Source of the DNA: Paragordius varius
Taxonomy: Eukaryota; Animalia; Nematomorpha
Direction: 5' to 3'
DNA length: 64,000 bases
NCBI GenBank assembly: GCA_964247055.1
Contig: OZ176050.1
Coordinates: 4,526,001 to 4,590,000, forward strand
Under the pieces are notes generated by a model. The model searched no databases. It saw only the letters and a program-made list of their open reading frames with translations, and was not told where the DNA came from. Every line of letters begins with the position of its first letter. Position 1 is the stretch's first letter. Of this stretch, positions 25,301-39,214 are shown one piece after another. The position numbers and the translations under genes are program-made.

Positions 25301-28300
25301 CTATTTTACAGGAAAATAAATCCATATCATGGAAAAAAAATAATTTTAAAAAGCTCTTAAAATATAATTCACCAGAAAATTTATGATAACTAATTAATTT
25401 AATATCAGCTGTTTGCTTCCATCATGTTTTAATGTATCCGAATTTGAAACTTTAGTAGTTAAAAAAATTGTGACAAATTTTTATTTAAGGCAGGGCAAGA
25501 GGATTTGATAAATTTAATTTTAACCTAAACAACTTTAAAACAGTGGTTTGTTTACCACTTTAAGCTCTGTGGTATAAAACTACCCCAAAATGTCATCGCG
25601 AACAAATGAGAAGTGAAAAAATAAAATCTACCTTCACAATATGATGTAAAAAATGTAGATTTGGATTTGGATGTGAATATTAATTATAATTAAAATTGCC
25701 CGTTTATATAAATTAAATAATATTTTGCGACACAATAAATTATCGAATTGTTTAAGTAGTATTTTTCGAAGTGAATATGCGAAAATATTTTTTTACAAAT
25801 TAGCGGCGTGGACCGAAATTCAACGCCAATGTGAGACAAAATATAAAAAATATGTAAAAAGGCAGATGGTTTATATATTCGATTCCCTTAATATTGCATT
25901 AATATCCTAAGATCATCCGCTTTCATATATTCATTTTTTTGACACCGTGATAATTTTATATTTTAGACATTTTGTTCAATTTGAAAAAAAAAGAATTTAA
26001 TTTTATAACATTTTTTTCCCGTTAATTGTTTTTTCACCTAAAGCTCATAAAAAATGTTAAACATTTTTATGTAAAGTTAAGCTTATAAATAAATAAAAAA
26101 ATATACTTCTTCAGCGGAATAATTTATCATGATGTTGACAAATGTTAAAAAGGATATGAGATATGACATAATGGCTATCGTGTCATTTTTGATTTCAATC
26201 AAGCCGTTGGAAGGAAATAATTGGTTACTATCTTCGCATGTTTGATGGCTTAATACAAAGTCATTTTTAAGTTTTATCGTTTTTCGTCGAAATACATTGA
26301 GGTTAAGGTAAGCTTTAAAAAAATTAAAATCGGGCAATCTTTTGTTAATCTCGACTATATTATTGTTACCAATCTTTGGTTGTATTATTTTTATGGAATC
26401 TGAATCGTGCATTTCGTTGCTAATAAGGTTAAAATTTTTAAATCCATTACCATTTTTATCATGATAGTAATATTGATGATGATATCTATTGATCTGTATT
26501 ATCAAGTCCTGAATAAGAGAGGAATATACATGAGTTAGGTGTAATTTTTGGGCAAAATGAGTAAATGCTCGTACAATTACATCCCTTAGTTTAGAATTCA
26601 AAGCAATGTATGCCAAAGTATCATACAGTAGTATTTTGGTTGACACATCAAGATTTTCAAATAAGGGTAAAATAAAGTGTTTAAAATTAATTTGTTCTTT
26701 CTCACTTGTCTCTGCTTTGTAATCGTAATAATTGTAAAAATATGCTTTATCCTCATGACATTCTGCTTGTGTATCACAAGCTTCATATATGCCAATAGTA
26801 TCATCGTTATCAGATACACTGATACATCGTTTATTTTTAGGCAATACATAAAAGTTTTCTAAATTATTTGCTGGTGTTGTAAAACCCATATCTGCACCCA
26901 ACAATGTTTTTAGACTTACATTCAGGGATGGTAATTGGGGATACTCTTCTGAAAAGCTTGTATTTTTAGAGTTACTGTTCCTCCTGCCTTTGTTAACAGA
27001 ATTGTTGTCAGATTTTACGAAAAACAGATTTTTACCATTCTTTTGGGAAAGGTAAGGGTGATTGATTAGGGATAGATGATAGTTATGAAGCAAAGCAATT
27101 AATGAATAAATATGGATAGGCTGAATTGATTTGTATAAAGAGTCCTAGACCCATATAATATAAAATTGTATAAAATTATCAATTTGAATAAATATAAACG
27201 GTCATGTCTTGGAACCAAATTAAATTTGGAACCTTTTTCAAATATTGTTGTAAAAAGTCCAAAAAGACAGTTATTTATAAATTTAATCCTTGTTTGTAGT
27301 ATCAGCTTCATCTAATTTATTTATAAAAGCGTAAATGTTTACCTAAAAAGATTAATTTTATTTATTATAAGGGATCTATGAATATAAATTTAAATAATTT
27401 AGTGAATTACTAAATTTTTTTTTTAATTTGTCCTCAATACCGAATTTTTAAATGCTGGATACTAAATAAATAAAAAATCTATCCCGCAAATGGTCTTCCA
27501 ACCATAAAAAATGACTAATAACTAATAGAATAAAACTAACGTTTGCATATGTTATGCGGTTTCAAATTTTTGGATCTCTTTTTACGTTAGGAGATATTAT
27601 TTTTAGGTGGAGTAAATAATAGGCTCTCAGAATCCTAAAAAACAAAGGGTCGAGCGCACTATAAGAGATGAATGCAAAAAGCTTAAATGCAGTTGATTCA
27701 GCATTTTGGCAATGACATTTTATTATATTGGAAACCCATTTATAAGCGGTCATGACCTGGTTTAAATTTGTTTATTTTATTAAAATGCAAGGGGTAGCAT
27801 AGTGAGGGAAGGAACGCCATCACGGATTCCTGCATCGGTCGGCAGAAATGCAAGTTACGCCTCTGATTTAACCTTTATTTAGAATTTTCACCAAACATAT
27901 TTTAACATAATATTTTAGCTCAACTCCCAAACGCCTTTGTTAAATTTTTATTTTCATAAATTTTTAATTTTACGTTTAGAATTGTGCTAATAAATTTTAG
28001 CGTTTTACAACATATAATAAAAAATGGTCAAATAATCTCTTTTTGGCGCAATTTAGTTATTATCCATTTTTGTCACGTGACGTTTGACCCCTATACCATT
28101 TACAGTTCAAATTCACCCTTGAACAATTTAAATTCACCCTCGAACAATTCAAATTCACCCTCGAACAATTCAAATTCACCCTTGAACAATTCAAATTCAC
28201 CCTAAAAATAAATTATGTGTTTTCGAACTAATATATTTCATTATTAATATAAAATATATTGGTATAGTTTATTATTTTTTCAGTATTATTTTAACTTAAA

Positions 28301-31300
28301 ATAGAATTTTTATTTTTTAAAAATACATAAAATATAGGTAATTTTTAATCTTAAAAAACATATATTTTATTTGAGGGTGAATTTGAATTGTTCGAAGGTG
28401 AATTTGAATTGTTCGAGGGTGAATTTGAATTGTTCAAGGGTGAATTTGAATTGTTTAAGGGTGAAATTGAATTGTAAATGGTATATTTTTATGATAGCCC
28501 ATTTACTCTATTAAAATACCCAAGCCTTACAAGTACAAGCGGATCTGAAAATATTGTCGCTTTATATATATCCAAAAAAGGTTAGTAGACACAAAATTTC
28601 AATTCAATTCACAACTTGTTTTCAGATTTAGTTTTGTAAAAGACTCAAAAGGTAAAAAAATAAATAGTCCAACAGTCCTTATTTTTTGGCAGTAAAGGCA
28701 GAAACATGCAGTTAGTTAATTTTTTTAATTTTAAGAGCTATTCATGAAATAAGCGATCATTAAAGAAGGGGACCCCTTTTTATTATAAGCCTCTTAAAAG
28801 TTGACGTAAATTTATTCCACTAAAATTTATAACGACTTTTTTTCATAAACATATATTTTAAAAACTCGACAAGAAATGGCTAATATATGGATAAGACGAG
28901 TGTTATAAAGAAATATTCGATGAAGCATTTAATTTATCTACCAATTCATTTAATTATTCAAAATTACCAATATAATTTTTTACATATAATTTATTTTTAA
29001 TTTATCGAGTTGATTTTGAAGTATAATAAATTACCGTGAGAGCACATACAATTGATTTTACGCTTGTTATAATATATTTTGTTATATCTAAAGATAGGTG
29101 ATTCCATTCCATCAAGTTTTTCGATTGATATGATGTTGGTGATTGATTGCACATTTTTATCATAAAATCCAAATTGTAAAACAGATAATCTATAAAGCCT
29201 CTCTTAGCAAGTTCGTTCGATAAATATAATGGGCGGCATTTTAAATCAATCGATAATGTTTTGAAAATATTCAATAATTTGGTAAGGAATTGTGGGGTTA
29301 GAGCTGTGGGTGGTTCATTTAATATTATCTGTCAAATATGCAAATGTATTATAAAATGAGATAGAGTATATAATTGTTTACTGAATTATTAACATTTATG
29401 TTTTAAAATATTCCGCATTTATTTAATATTTTTAACTCTCTAACTATCAAAGAAACTGTTGAACCCTTGATGATTGGCTACTATAAGAGTTAAATCATTC
29501 TCCTAAATCTTAAACTTTTTAACTTTATCTTAAAACACTTCTAACTTTCACTGAACACTTAAACATTTTAAATAACATATGATATAAATTATGTTTTTGT
29601 AAAATAATCGCGATTGCCATTTTAACTTTTTACTGTTTAACACTTCGATTCAAATTGGGTTATCTAAATCCCAGACTATTTTTAATTGATATTTTCAAAA
29701 AACTACTGAAAAAAACGGTCCCATTTTAAATTTCCATCCTATTAACTATCATATAAATAAGCCGAAACTAATAAAATTTAGTTTCAAAAAAATTCCATAT
29801 CAAACTATTTTGGCCCCATTTTTAAAACATTTTTGCGAAATATCCTGTTTATATTGTAAAGCTAAAAGTAAGTTACCTTTTTTAAATCACATTTTAATAT
29901 AAACAGATTGGTATATTTAGCAGAATTTTTATATTAATTATGCACACATGTCATGTTGGCTATTTTAACCTTTGGGTTTTACTACTAATAAGTGATATGG
30001 AGAATTTTCAATGTTTTTTATACTTTGGTTCATTAATGTTATATAAGTGCAAACTTTTGCCATGGTTTCAATTCCTTTCATATATTTTTAGTATTTAATT
30101 TTGAACAGGCCTGGGGTACCAATTACCCCAATTTCAATCGAAGGACAGAAATGAATGTGTTGTATCCTTATGTTTATTATCTGGTTATAACAAAATTTTC
30201 CATTAAAAAAATTTTTTTTGAGAATATTATTCTAATAACTTATCTATTCAAATTGAATATTGTTAGCATGTGACTTGAATTCAAAGATTCTAATTTTTTT
30301 ATTTGTTGATTGGATGAGGTACAGAGTGAAATACCGCGATATTAATTAATAAATTTTAGCTGGACATAAATTATTTTTCGATATTTTGCAATATTTCAGG
30401 TTAAAAATGAAATTAGAAGTGAATTATATGTACATGAGTAAATGTGAAATTTTAAAGTCATCTGTAATTATGCATTTAAAGGGGAATTCCAAAAATATAA
30501 TTATTTTCATTAATGCCATATACCGGTATTTCCTGAATCAAACCCATGTATGTTTGCACCAGCTCAGGCAATTCAAATGTTTCCTAATAAAATAATAAAT
30601 ATTTTAAAACATATAGTTTATATTAAATTAGGACAATTTAAAACTTTCTATATAAATTTTTTAAGAGTGGACACATTATTAACAATAAACGATACCTGTT
30701 TGTAATTGCAAAAAAGTTGCCATTGGACATGAGGTTGTGTTTTTGAAAAAGATTTACACTGTGATTCACTCAATTGAGTCGCATCCTAAAATATTAAAAA
30801 TTACCCTAAAGTTTAAAAAATTTATAGGATTATACAATGCTCTATGTTTTTATTTAGAGCAGACATGCTTCGGTCTTCAGTGACTTTAACTGAGGTTTGC
30901 TAAAATGTTATATATTTACATTTGAAATTTAAATATATTCGGGGATTCTTTATTTTAATACAATTTAACAAAAAATGCAAAAAAATTTTGTTTTATTTTG
31001 CAAAATGCTAAAAATGGAATAATATTTTGACGAAATTAATGGTTAGATAATAAGTTAAATATTTGCTGATATGTCCATTAAATGTTAACGTGACTAAGAC
31101 GGAGAAAAAAATTGGATCACTATGCGGCAGAGATCGTTTTAAAAAGGGTTATAAAGAAAAAAAATCTAGGAGCAAATTCATATATAGCATCAATGATATA
31201 CAAAGTAATGATTAATGGTTGATTTGTTTTAAACGAAAATCATGTAATTTAATAAATAATTTATATTTTGTTGTAAAAGAAAATTATTTTTAATGCGCCC

Positions 31301-32168
31301 TTTGCCGCATTTTTTGGTTGCAAAATGCAGCTCCTGAGGTCTTTTCATCTGGATAACCCCGTTTTAGAGTAAGGTTAAATTAACCACATTCGTAAGTGAC
31401 TCTATAACTTTCCATACATTATCACCGTGTAAGTTGTATTGCACAACATATTCTTAAAGTTTAATAAAGTAATTAATAAATTATAAAAATTAATATAATT
31501 ACTTATTTATTATTGCCGTGAATATAATTTAAAAAGTTTTATTTTTTTACAGTTTTGTCACTTTTATCAAAAATTTGTATTCACAAATCTGTTGAAAATA
31601 AACAACTATTTTATTAATTAAATTAAAGCATATGTGCTGTCAATGTTTAAAATTAATTAATCAATTTTTGCATAGTCTAAAATTAAAATTAAAATCCAAT
31701 GATTTTCAAAATTAATACTCAATAAAAATTTGGTATCAGTATAATATATATAGTTAATTAAAATTATTTTTTTATTAAAACATATAAATGTGTGTATTCC
31801 AGCTTTTTTATTTTTTAACTAAATATGGCAAAAAAATATTTGGCGGTTAAATATTTGATAATAAAATTCATTTTATAATAATATCATTCAAATCTTTTTT
31901 AATAATGCCCCTAAAAGGCCATTCATATTTTAAATCCAATATCATTGGTATTTTCCAAAAATATGCTCAAATAAATTAATAAACTGTTAAATATAAACAA
32001 TTTAAATTTACATACCATCACCTCTTTTACGTATTCATCAAGTATTTGGGGATTAGGGACGAAAATGCACTGGATATTTAATGATTCCCGATACTTGAAC
32101 CGCCGATATTTCAAGCGTTCAAGATTCTCATAAAGCCCATCCAATTTATTTGTGGTAGAATTTTGCAT
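16374..32168 (-). CDS. DAAM: DAAM-subfamily formin (GBD/FH3-DID, coiled coil, FH2), ~21 exons, roughly 1,400 aa
   Basis: Segments in DAAM order: VPNPQILDEYVKEVM, QWQLFCNYKQ, FKTLSIDLKCRP, TKILLYDTL, SFLTFVNIMIN, YRMHVRKDL...SRHLDFF, PLKAFNW, IDLEEFETLFSAYQK, IIDARRAQNCTILLSK, LLKYVPTTEE, ADRFFLHTSKIYRYEQKL, LILALGNYMNRG, LNMLHYVVSIL. Consistent GT-AG phases except the unresolved 27144-27760 region. Confidence 0.9.
18825..18973 (-). mobile_element. tRNA-like SINE
   Basis: Minus-strand GAGGCGTGATGGTATAGTAGGTAGGGCGCC...GAGTTCGAACCTCG has A-box-like (TGGTATAGTAGG) and B-box-like (GTTCGAACC) motifs. Its body recurs at 7058-7206, and CAGGGCTGACAGTGAT recurs near 23447-23461. Confidence 0.6.
18975..19680. 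mobile_element. Partial copy of long-palindrome foldback family E
   Basis: Inverted arms around ~19180 plus a right arm matching 37557-38850 (TTGTTGAAGCGTA, CATGATGGAAAC, AAAGCACCATGATAATCCTGAT). Confidence 0.5.
25140..25610. mobile_element. MITE with family-B-like subterminal inverted repeat
   Basis: GGGTAGTTTTATACC (~25161) is inverted to GGTATAAAACTACCCC (~25581); boundaries approximate. Confidence 0.4.
28094..28483. mobile_element. Foldback MITE family C with 21-bp tandem subterminal repeats
   Basis: TA|TACCATTTACA...TGTAAATGGTA|TA; about four copies of TTCAAATTCACCCTYGAACAA at the left end and their reverse complement at the right end; lies in a formin intron. Confidence 0.85.
29641..30172 (+). 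mobile_element. piggyBac-like MITE family A, right end degenerate
   Basis: TTAA|CACTTCGATTCAAATTGGG start and TACCCCAATTTCAATCGAAGG subterminal repeat; lies in a formin intron. Confidence 0.75.
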
Positions 32169-33945
32169 AATTTAAAAAATCTATCTATAAATTTATTATT
32201 TTTCCATGAACTTTGTTAAATGGAAATAAAGTTATAATAAATAGATTAGGAAATTATTGTTTGGAATGGTTATATGATTAGAGTTAGTTTGGTGTTTTCT
32301 TCTGATAAGAAAGAGATAATCGAATTATTACAATTTTCGCGCGTATATCATTATCGAGATCAATAACTTTTATTTGTGTTATTATTCCAATCATTTTTCA
32401 AATGAGCAAGCACAGTGGGTGTTTTAAAAATGAAATAAAAACTATTTTTTGAAGTATAATTATAATATATATATAATTAATAACAATTTATCTCAAAATT
32501 ATACTTTGTGTAAATTATATTATATTTTAACATATATATCTTTACCATACTCTAAAATCACTAATTGTGATTAATAATATTCATAATTTATTTGAAAAAA
32601 TAAAAGAAATAAATCAAAAAAATACTTTGTTTTATTGTTTGGAAAATAGCATTTTCTTATCATTTTTGTAACAATAAAACTATGAAAAAATGATTCAATG
32701 AAAGTTTTAATTGTTTCAAGAAAAAGCAACTTGTAAAAGTAAGGTATCATACTGACACAATTTTACTTTTCAAAATAATATCATATGATATCATTTATTA
32801 AATTAACGACTGATCAAAATTTTGATTTAGACAGATCTTCCTTTAAACTTATTTTTATCCTATTATTTTGGTAAAAAAATTTGAAAATATTTTCATAAGT
32901 AAAAGTTAATTATTTTTTTCGCAAATTTGAAAAATAGTTTTTAACACTTATATATGTTTTCACAATTTTTTTTGATAAGAGTAACATGTAAAAATTTAAA
33001 TGTCATTTTACCGGATTAAGTTTTAAAATGGATATAAGATTTATGGTATTGAAACGGTTAATTAAATTAGCAGTTTGATCTGTTTCTATCCATATCGCAC
33101 ATTCTTCCAGTACCACAATCGGTTATCCAACTATTTTGTCAATACATTTTCTTTTTAACGTTTGCCCAAGCAAATTTGATGTGTCTTTTATTAAACTCGG
33201 TCAACATAAGTATCTTTTTTTAAGCAGTAAAGAATATGTGAAATATTAACGCTAATTATAAAACTTATATGTTTCCATTGGTATGGATGTGTTGCTAGTT
33301 AAGATCGAATTTTTTGTAAAATGTATATTAAAATTCTCCATTAATTACGGTTTTTAGTAGTATTGGGTTCTACCCTGGTTAAATTCATTCTTTTAAAATA
33401 TTCGGTCTTTTTACGTAAACCTCTGATCCTTCAAATTAAAGACTTCTTTAATGAACTAGATAATAATAAATTTATGATCCATATTTTGTAATGCCTCCTT
33501 TTGTCTATTAATTAAAATCAATATGATATTTAAAAATGCCAAGACTCGTCCATAAATTTTTTATCATTTTATTAATATATGAATCTCAAATACTTTAACC
33601 TTATTAATGTAAGGATTAAAGTTATTTTTGCAAATATATCTGTCAATAATTTAAATATCAGTGAAGCTTTAAAAGTCGAAAATTTGGATAATAAAATCCA
33701 ATCAAACACTGTCTTACTGCTAATTTTATGACTTCTGGTTTTCACTGTGTATCCAGGTTTTTATTACATTTCACAGCACACAAAATAGGGGCGTTTTAAA
33801 AAAATAAGCCGTGAAATGATAGTTCTGAAAAAAATGTATCAGAATTATCATGAGGTTTTCGGTTTTAAGCCTTAGGAGTGATTCAAAATATTTCTTCTTT
33901 TGTGGTAATTGGTAGATAAGAAAAAGTCGAATTAGCGCGCATACA

Positions 33946-34323
33946 TACCATTTGCACTTCAAGAATGTCCTTGAACACTTCAAGTTGCTCCTTAAACATT
34001 TTAATTGGTCCTTATTTTTTTTAAGTTTGAGCATAACCATAATTTTTACATGTATTTGTATATTTTTTAATTTTTACCCTAAAGAACTTTTATTAGTACT
34101 TTATCATTTAAAATTTTTTCCAGTTAAAACTTTATGTTTCGCATAATAATTTAACAATATTTTGAACATATTAATGTTTAAACAAAAATTATATTTTCAA
34201 GTAAAACCTTATTTGTATATAAAAAAATTAATAATATTTATTAGAAATTAATAAGGATATACTGTTTATAAATTAAAATTAACATATAGATATGAATTGA
34301 GTTAAAATTACCGAAAGATGGTA
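33946..34323. mobile_element. Foldback MITE family C
   Basis: TACCATTTGCACTTCAAG left end as at 54840; 21-bp units; right end AGATGGTA; CA dinucleotide on both flanks. Confidence 0.6.
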
Positions 34324-34439
34324 CATTCCAAAATTATTATTGAATTATATCATAAAATGGTTTTATAAAGCGAAACCTATATATCAAATTTAATAATTTT
34401 ACACGCAAGCCGAAAGTAGTTTTTGGAACGCTATAAAAT

Positions 34440-34840
34440 GGGTAGTTTTTTACACTTTATTACACTTTGTTTTTTTGTGCACAGTGACATTTTGGGGTAG
34501 TTTTCTATCCCAGAGTCATAAATAGAATCAAACTACTATTTTAAAAGATTTTTTACAGTTTTAACTTTGATCCGAAATTCGAATAGCTCCATAGAAGCAA
34601 ACATCTATTTACTAAATTGTGGCGCTAATATAAAAAAAGTAGTCACTGTCGGCGCATTTCTAACATTATAAAAAGTACACTATTGAAAATAAATGAGTCC
34701 ATCCGTTTTCTGGAAATGTCTGTCAAACTTAAAATTATTGCATTTTTTCAAAAAACTTGATTTTAACACGGGTTGGGTCACAACTGGGGGTTTAATTTGA
34801 AGGGTACTGTCGGCGTATTTATAAATTATTAAACATTTTT
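34440..34840. repeat. Family B MITE left-end fragment followed by a Helitron fragment
   Basis: GACATTTTGGGGTAGTTTTCTATCCCAGAG, then CTGTCGGCGC / ACACGGGTTGGG text shared with 5730-5910 and 47070-47260. Confidence 0.45.
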
Positions 34841-34943
34841 ACTTTGGAATGGGAAAGGGCTAGTCAGGTTTTCCTAAGCGTTTTTAAAGCACACTTCCCT
34901 TATTTTTATTAATAAATAGATTTTTTGATATCATAATCTAACA

Positions 34944-37404
34944 CAGTGATACTCAAACCGCGGCCCGCGGGCCGCATGCGGCCCTAAGAGTGCTTTAAAA
35001 TTGCCCTATGACCATATTGATACTTATATTATTTTTTCAAGACATAAACGAATTTTCGATTATTTTAATATTAATTTATTTTCTTTAGATTTAATTTTGG
35101 TAGTTTTTATTTTTTACCCAATTCGAAATGTAAAAAATTTCCCTACATTAAAATAATTTCAAAATTTTGGCACGTGTTGTTTCTGTTTCTGTACACTATT
35201 TTTTTTCTATTTTGAAATTTTAATTGCATTCCTTTTTTGTATTTAAGCAAGCCTTTCACCCAAACTTGCATATACATATTCTTTTCATAGCTGTCCTGCC
35301 TTATTTTTATAACTCATTCCCATAGAATATTTTCAAATAAACATCATTAAAGTTCAACTTGTTTTTTATAGCGTAATTCAAATTACATTCATATTATTTG
35401 AAAAAATTTACATAATATTTAAACATAAATTTAAAGGATGACATCTAATGCTAAAAAACGTAAATTATCCGATGCATATCGCCCTTTAAAAAAGAAATGG
35501 AAAGAAAAATTCTTTGTGTTTAAAATAAAAATGTTGTTACCTACCTTATATGTAAGGACAACATAATTATAAAAAAATACAATATTGAAAGAATTTTACA
35601 ATCCATTTTTCTCATATATTACCAGAAAATCATGAGGTAAAACGAAAAATATAAAAAGATTAAGGAATTATACCAGAAATTATCCATAGCTTTCTCCCAG
35701 GAAAAGTTGTGTAATTAGCTTCGTATATTGTTATTTTTAGGAAAAAATATGAAATCGTTTACTGATTCCCAACTAAAAGAATGTTTAATAAATGGTTGCA
35801 CTTTTTTATTTGATAAATTCCATAATAAAGATCAAATCATGAGGCAAATTAAAAAACTTCACTTTCTGATACAACATGTGCTCGACGCATTGAAGATGTG
35901 TCTAAATATATTTTTAACAATACATTATTGGCTCTGAAAAATTGCAAATACTTCAGTATTGCAATCGATTCTAGCACTGATATTAGAAAACACCTCAATG
36001 TGCGCTCTTCGTAAGATTTTGCAACGACAACATAATCAACGATAAATATTTAAAATTTTTACCAATGAATAATACCACGAAAGGAAGTGATTTTCTCGAA
36101 ATAATTAACTTTTTTCGATAATAATGGTATATCTATGAAAAATTGGTTTCGATCTAGACAGATGGCTGTCCTTCTATGATTGGAATAACCAAAGGAATTA
36201 TTCCTCTTTAAAAAAACAAATAAAATTCACAAAATATTATATCTTTTCACTGCTTTATTCATCAAACTTGGTTTTGCGTGTAAAGGATGAATCATTCAAT
36301 TCAGTAATTAAAACGGTTGTGGATATAGTTAACCACATCCGTGGCAGAGAATTCAATCGCCGTAAATTTAAAAACCTTCTGAAAGATATCAACAGTGAGT
36401 TTGATTATATTCTTTTGTAGTGAGATGGCTAAATAGTAAAGTATTAATAGATTTTTTGTTTTAAGACATGAAATTCTATTATTTATAAAAGATAACAAAA
36501 AGTTTGACGAGGAAATTAATAGCTACATATGGTGGGTTTTATTAGCCTACCTTTGCGACATTATTATAAACTTTTTTAATACGTCGTCTAGGAAGCAAAA
36601 TAATAACCCAATTTGCTAATGAAATATCTTTTAAAAATTAATATATAAACTAGATTTTATAAATTAAACACTCTATTTTCCAACACTTAAAACTATTCAT
36701 GAAGAAAATATGGAATTTACCGCGTAACAGATCATCTAACATTTTTATCTAATGTGATATAATTCAGATTTTAAAAATTGAGATATATTAAAAATTGCTT
36801 AACTCGTTTAAAATCCATGGCACATGGATATATTTAATATTGAACAACTTGAGCATTTCGGTTTTGATCAGGCGCATATCATTGAAGACTTCGTAGGTTT
36901 TAAAAATTCCAATTTGGATATTCAAAGTGAATCGTAGAGAAGAAAGATATGTAGAGTTTTGGCAAGATGTGCCAAATAATATGAAAATATATAAAAATGT
37001 GCTCAAGTTATCCCAACTCTTTTTCCCTCAACTTATACGTGTGAGACGTCATATTCAAAAATAAAATATGTCAAGAAAGAATACATACAGAAACCGCTTA
37101 ACCGATGATCATATGGACGACAAGATTGGCCTGTCATGAGGTGAAACCAAATTTGTCAAAAAATATTGGTTAATATCGAAATAAAAATTGTTATCAAAAT
37201 ATTTTAATTTTTTAAACTAAATGGTAAACCAGTTTTTAGCTGGATTTATATGCGATCCGCAAAAAATTCATTGTGCTGATTTAGAGTATAAATATGTGCA
37301 TATGTGTTAAATAGCTATGGAATATTTGCCATTATAAGGTTCATGGCCCTCGAAAAAAAATATATTTTATTTGGCCCGTCAAATTTTTTTGGTGAGTACC
37401 ACTG
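34944..37404 (+). mobile_element. Decayed autonomous hAT transposon (GTF2IRD2/EPM2AIP1-like Buster transposase, frameshifted)
   Basis: TIRs CAGTGATACTCA / TGAGTACCACTG; perfect 8-bp TSD ATCTAACA; remnants KSFTDSQLKECLING, YFSIAIDSSTD and SVIKTVVDIVNHIR, interrupted by stops and frameshifts. Confidence 0.92.
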
Positions 37405-37556
37405 ATCTAACATCTGTTATAATTTCTCAAGCACTAAATTTTTTTAACAAGCCCATTATAGGGAGGTCAACTTTTGGAGCTACATCAAAAAATTGAAATA
37501 TAATTTTGCTTTTTGTATATTTGGAATAAAGCATCTATAAAAATTATATACTATAG

Positions 37557-38850
37557 CACTGCATCCATAATCGGGGAGTATAAAAAATAACTTGATGAAA
37601 TATAAATATTCTGAGGAAAATATATCAGGATTATCATAGTGCTTTTAAATTTGGGCCTTACGAGTAATATAAGAAATTATTTGCACTTTTGTGATAAGTG
37701 CTCCATGTCAGAAAATGGGAAAATTTGCGCACATTTTTTTAAATAATTTTTTTTTGGTGAAAGATAAAGGCTTAAATTCAAAAACATCACAAAATGTACC
37801 CTAACCTACCTATAGAAAAAAAATATTTTCAATTTACTTTTATATCAAAGTTTCAAAATTTTTCGCTCTTTTAAAATGGCTATTTCTCTTAAAAAACGCT
37901 GTATGCCGGGATTGCGCTATAAAACTTCAAATATATGCTAAATTTTGTTATCAACTAAAAATATTTCAAATAAAATGTATACTTTTTTAACAAAATATTG
38001 TTGAAGCGTATTGCATACTATTGTGAACCATGATAGAAACGGTATAAAAACTCCTTAAGATAGTAAAAATATTTTTCTATATAATTCGATGATACTAAAC
38101 ATTTCTATCACCACAAAATTTTGATTTAAAGTCGTTCATCTTTAAATATTGAGATTTTTGTAAAAATCCTCCAAAATGTTTCTGAACCTTTAAATTAAAA
38201 TCTGAAGCGATAAAACTGTTTAGCATCATTGAATATCGTAGAAAAAGTGTTTTTATTAATTCTTAGATATAATATAAAATGGTACAAACGCTTTAACAAA
38301 ATTTCTAAAAGGCAAAATTTTTATATGTCCATTTTTTGATGATATTTTTGGTTGATATCCAAATTTAGTATAAATTTAAAATATATTTTGCGCAATCCCG
38401 GCGCTTTTGCGTTTGTTTAAAAGATATAGCCTATTTTAGAAGGAGTAAAAATTGAGGCTTTCATAGGCCAAGTCTAAAATTTTTTTTGAAAATATTGTAT
38501 TGCTTTACTAGTTTATGATATATTTAGCTGTATTTGTTGAAATGAAGCGTCTATCTTTTCCCAAAAAAATTATTTCAAAAAATGTGCGCAAATTTCGCTA
38601 TTTTCTGATGTGGAGCACTTACCGCAAGAGTGCAAAGTTCCCTTAATCAATCGTAAGGGCCAAAAATAAAAGTTCCATGATATCATTCTAATATAATTTT
38701 ATATCTTAATGTATATATTTTATCAGGTGGAAATATTAAATATCTCATAAGGTTTAAAAACCAAAAGCACCATTAGAGTCTTGATACATTTATTCAAAAT
38801 TTCATGTATATTACCCAGATTTTGGGCGCATTCTCTATGTTGTTGAAGTC
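37557..38850. mobile_element. ~1.3-kb imperfect palindrome, foldback family E
   Basis: Arms mirror each other around ~38170 (GATAAGTGCTCCATGTCAGAAAA...TTGCGCACATTTTTT vs AAAAATGTGCGCAA...TTTCTGATGTGGAGCACTTA; GCCGGGATTGCGC vs GCGCAATCCCGGC); left end CACTG, right end eroded. Confidence 0.7.
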
Positions 38851-39214
38851 ATTTTACTTACTTATATAATTATCCAACCATTATATCTTTGATTCCTAAA
38901 CTGTATTTGAGGTATTTTCCTATGAGTTAAAATGTTTATGGTATTTAACCAAATTGATAATAATTGGCCTTTAGGCGCAAAAAACCCTCATATTTAACTG
39001 CAAAAAATGATATAATTATTCTGGGATTTTTTTGTCACGATTTAATTATTTTATTTTAAAACCAATTTATTTGACATTCGATCTAGAAAATATTTCCTAG
39101 ACTATAATAGTTAACAAACGGATGGTTTTAATCTAATTAGTATGATTCATAATAATATAGTGGAACAAATTCTTTCCAACTTTTAAGTTTCACCCGTTTT
39201 ACATCTCCCTTTAA

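Noticed and set aside
25725-25910. Plus-strand ORF with AAWTEIQRQCETKYKK as a Myb/SANT (Harbinger) remnant
   Set aside because: Resemblance too short, spacing wrong, no termini.
27788-27865. 78-bp GC-rich element as a tRNA or ncRNA
   Set aside because: No cloverleaf; the ends look like a decayed mini-hAT TIR pair without a matching TSD.
28104-28470. 21-bp tandem repeats as a CRISPR-like array
   Set aside because: No unique spacers, eukaryotic context, and the repeats are inverted at both ends of a MITE.
30850-33760. Nested or upstream gene from exon-like patches at 30858-30894, 31070-31450 and 33070-33760
   Set aside because: Could not assemble a phase-consistent, recognisable ORF on either strand.
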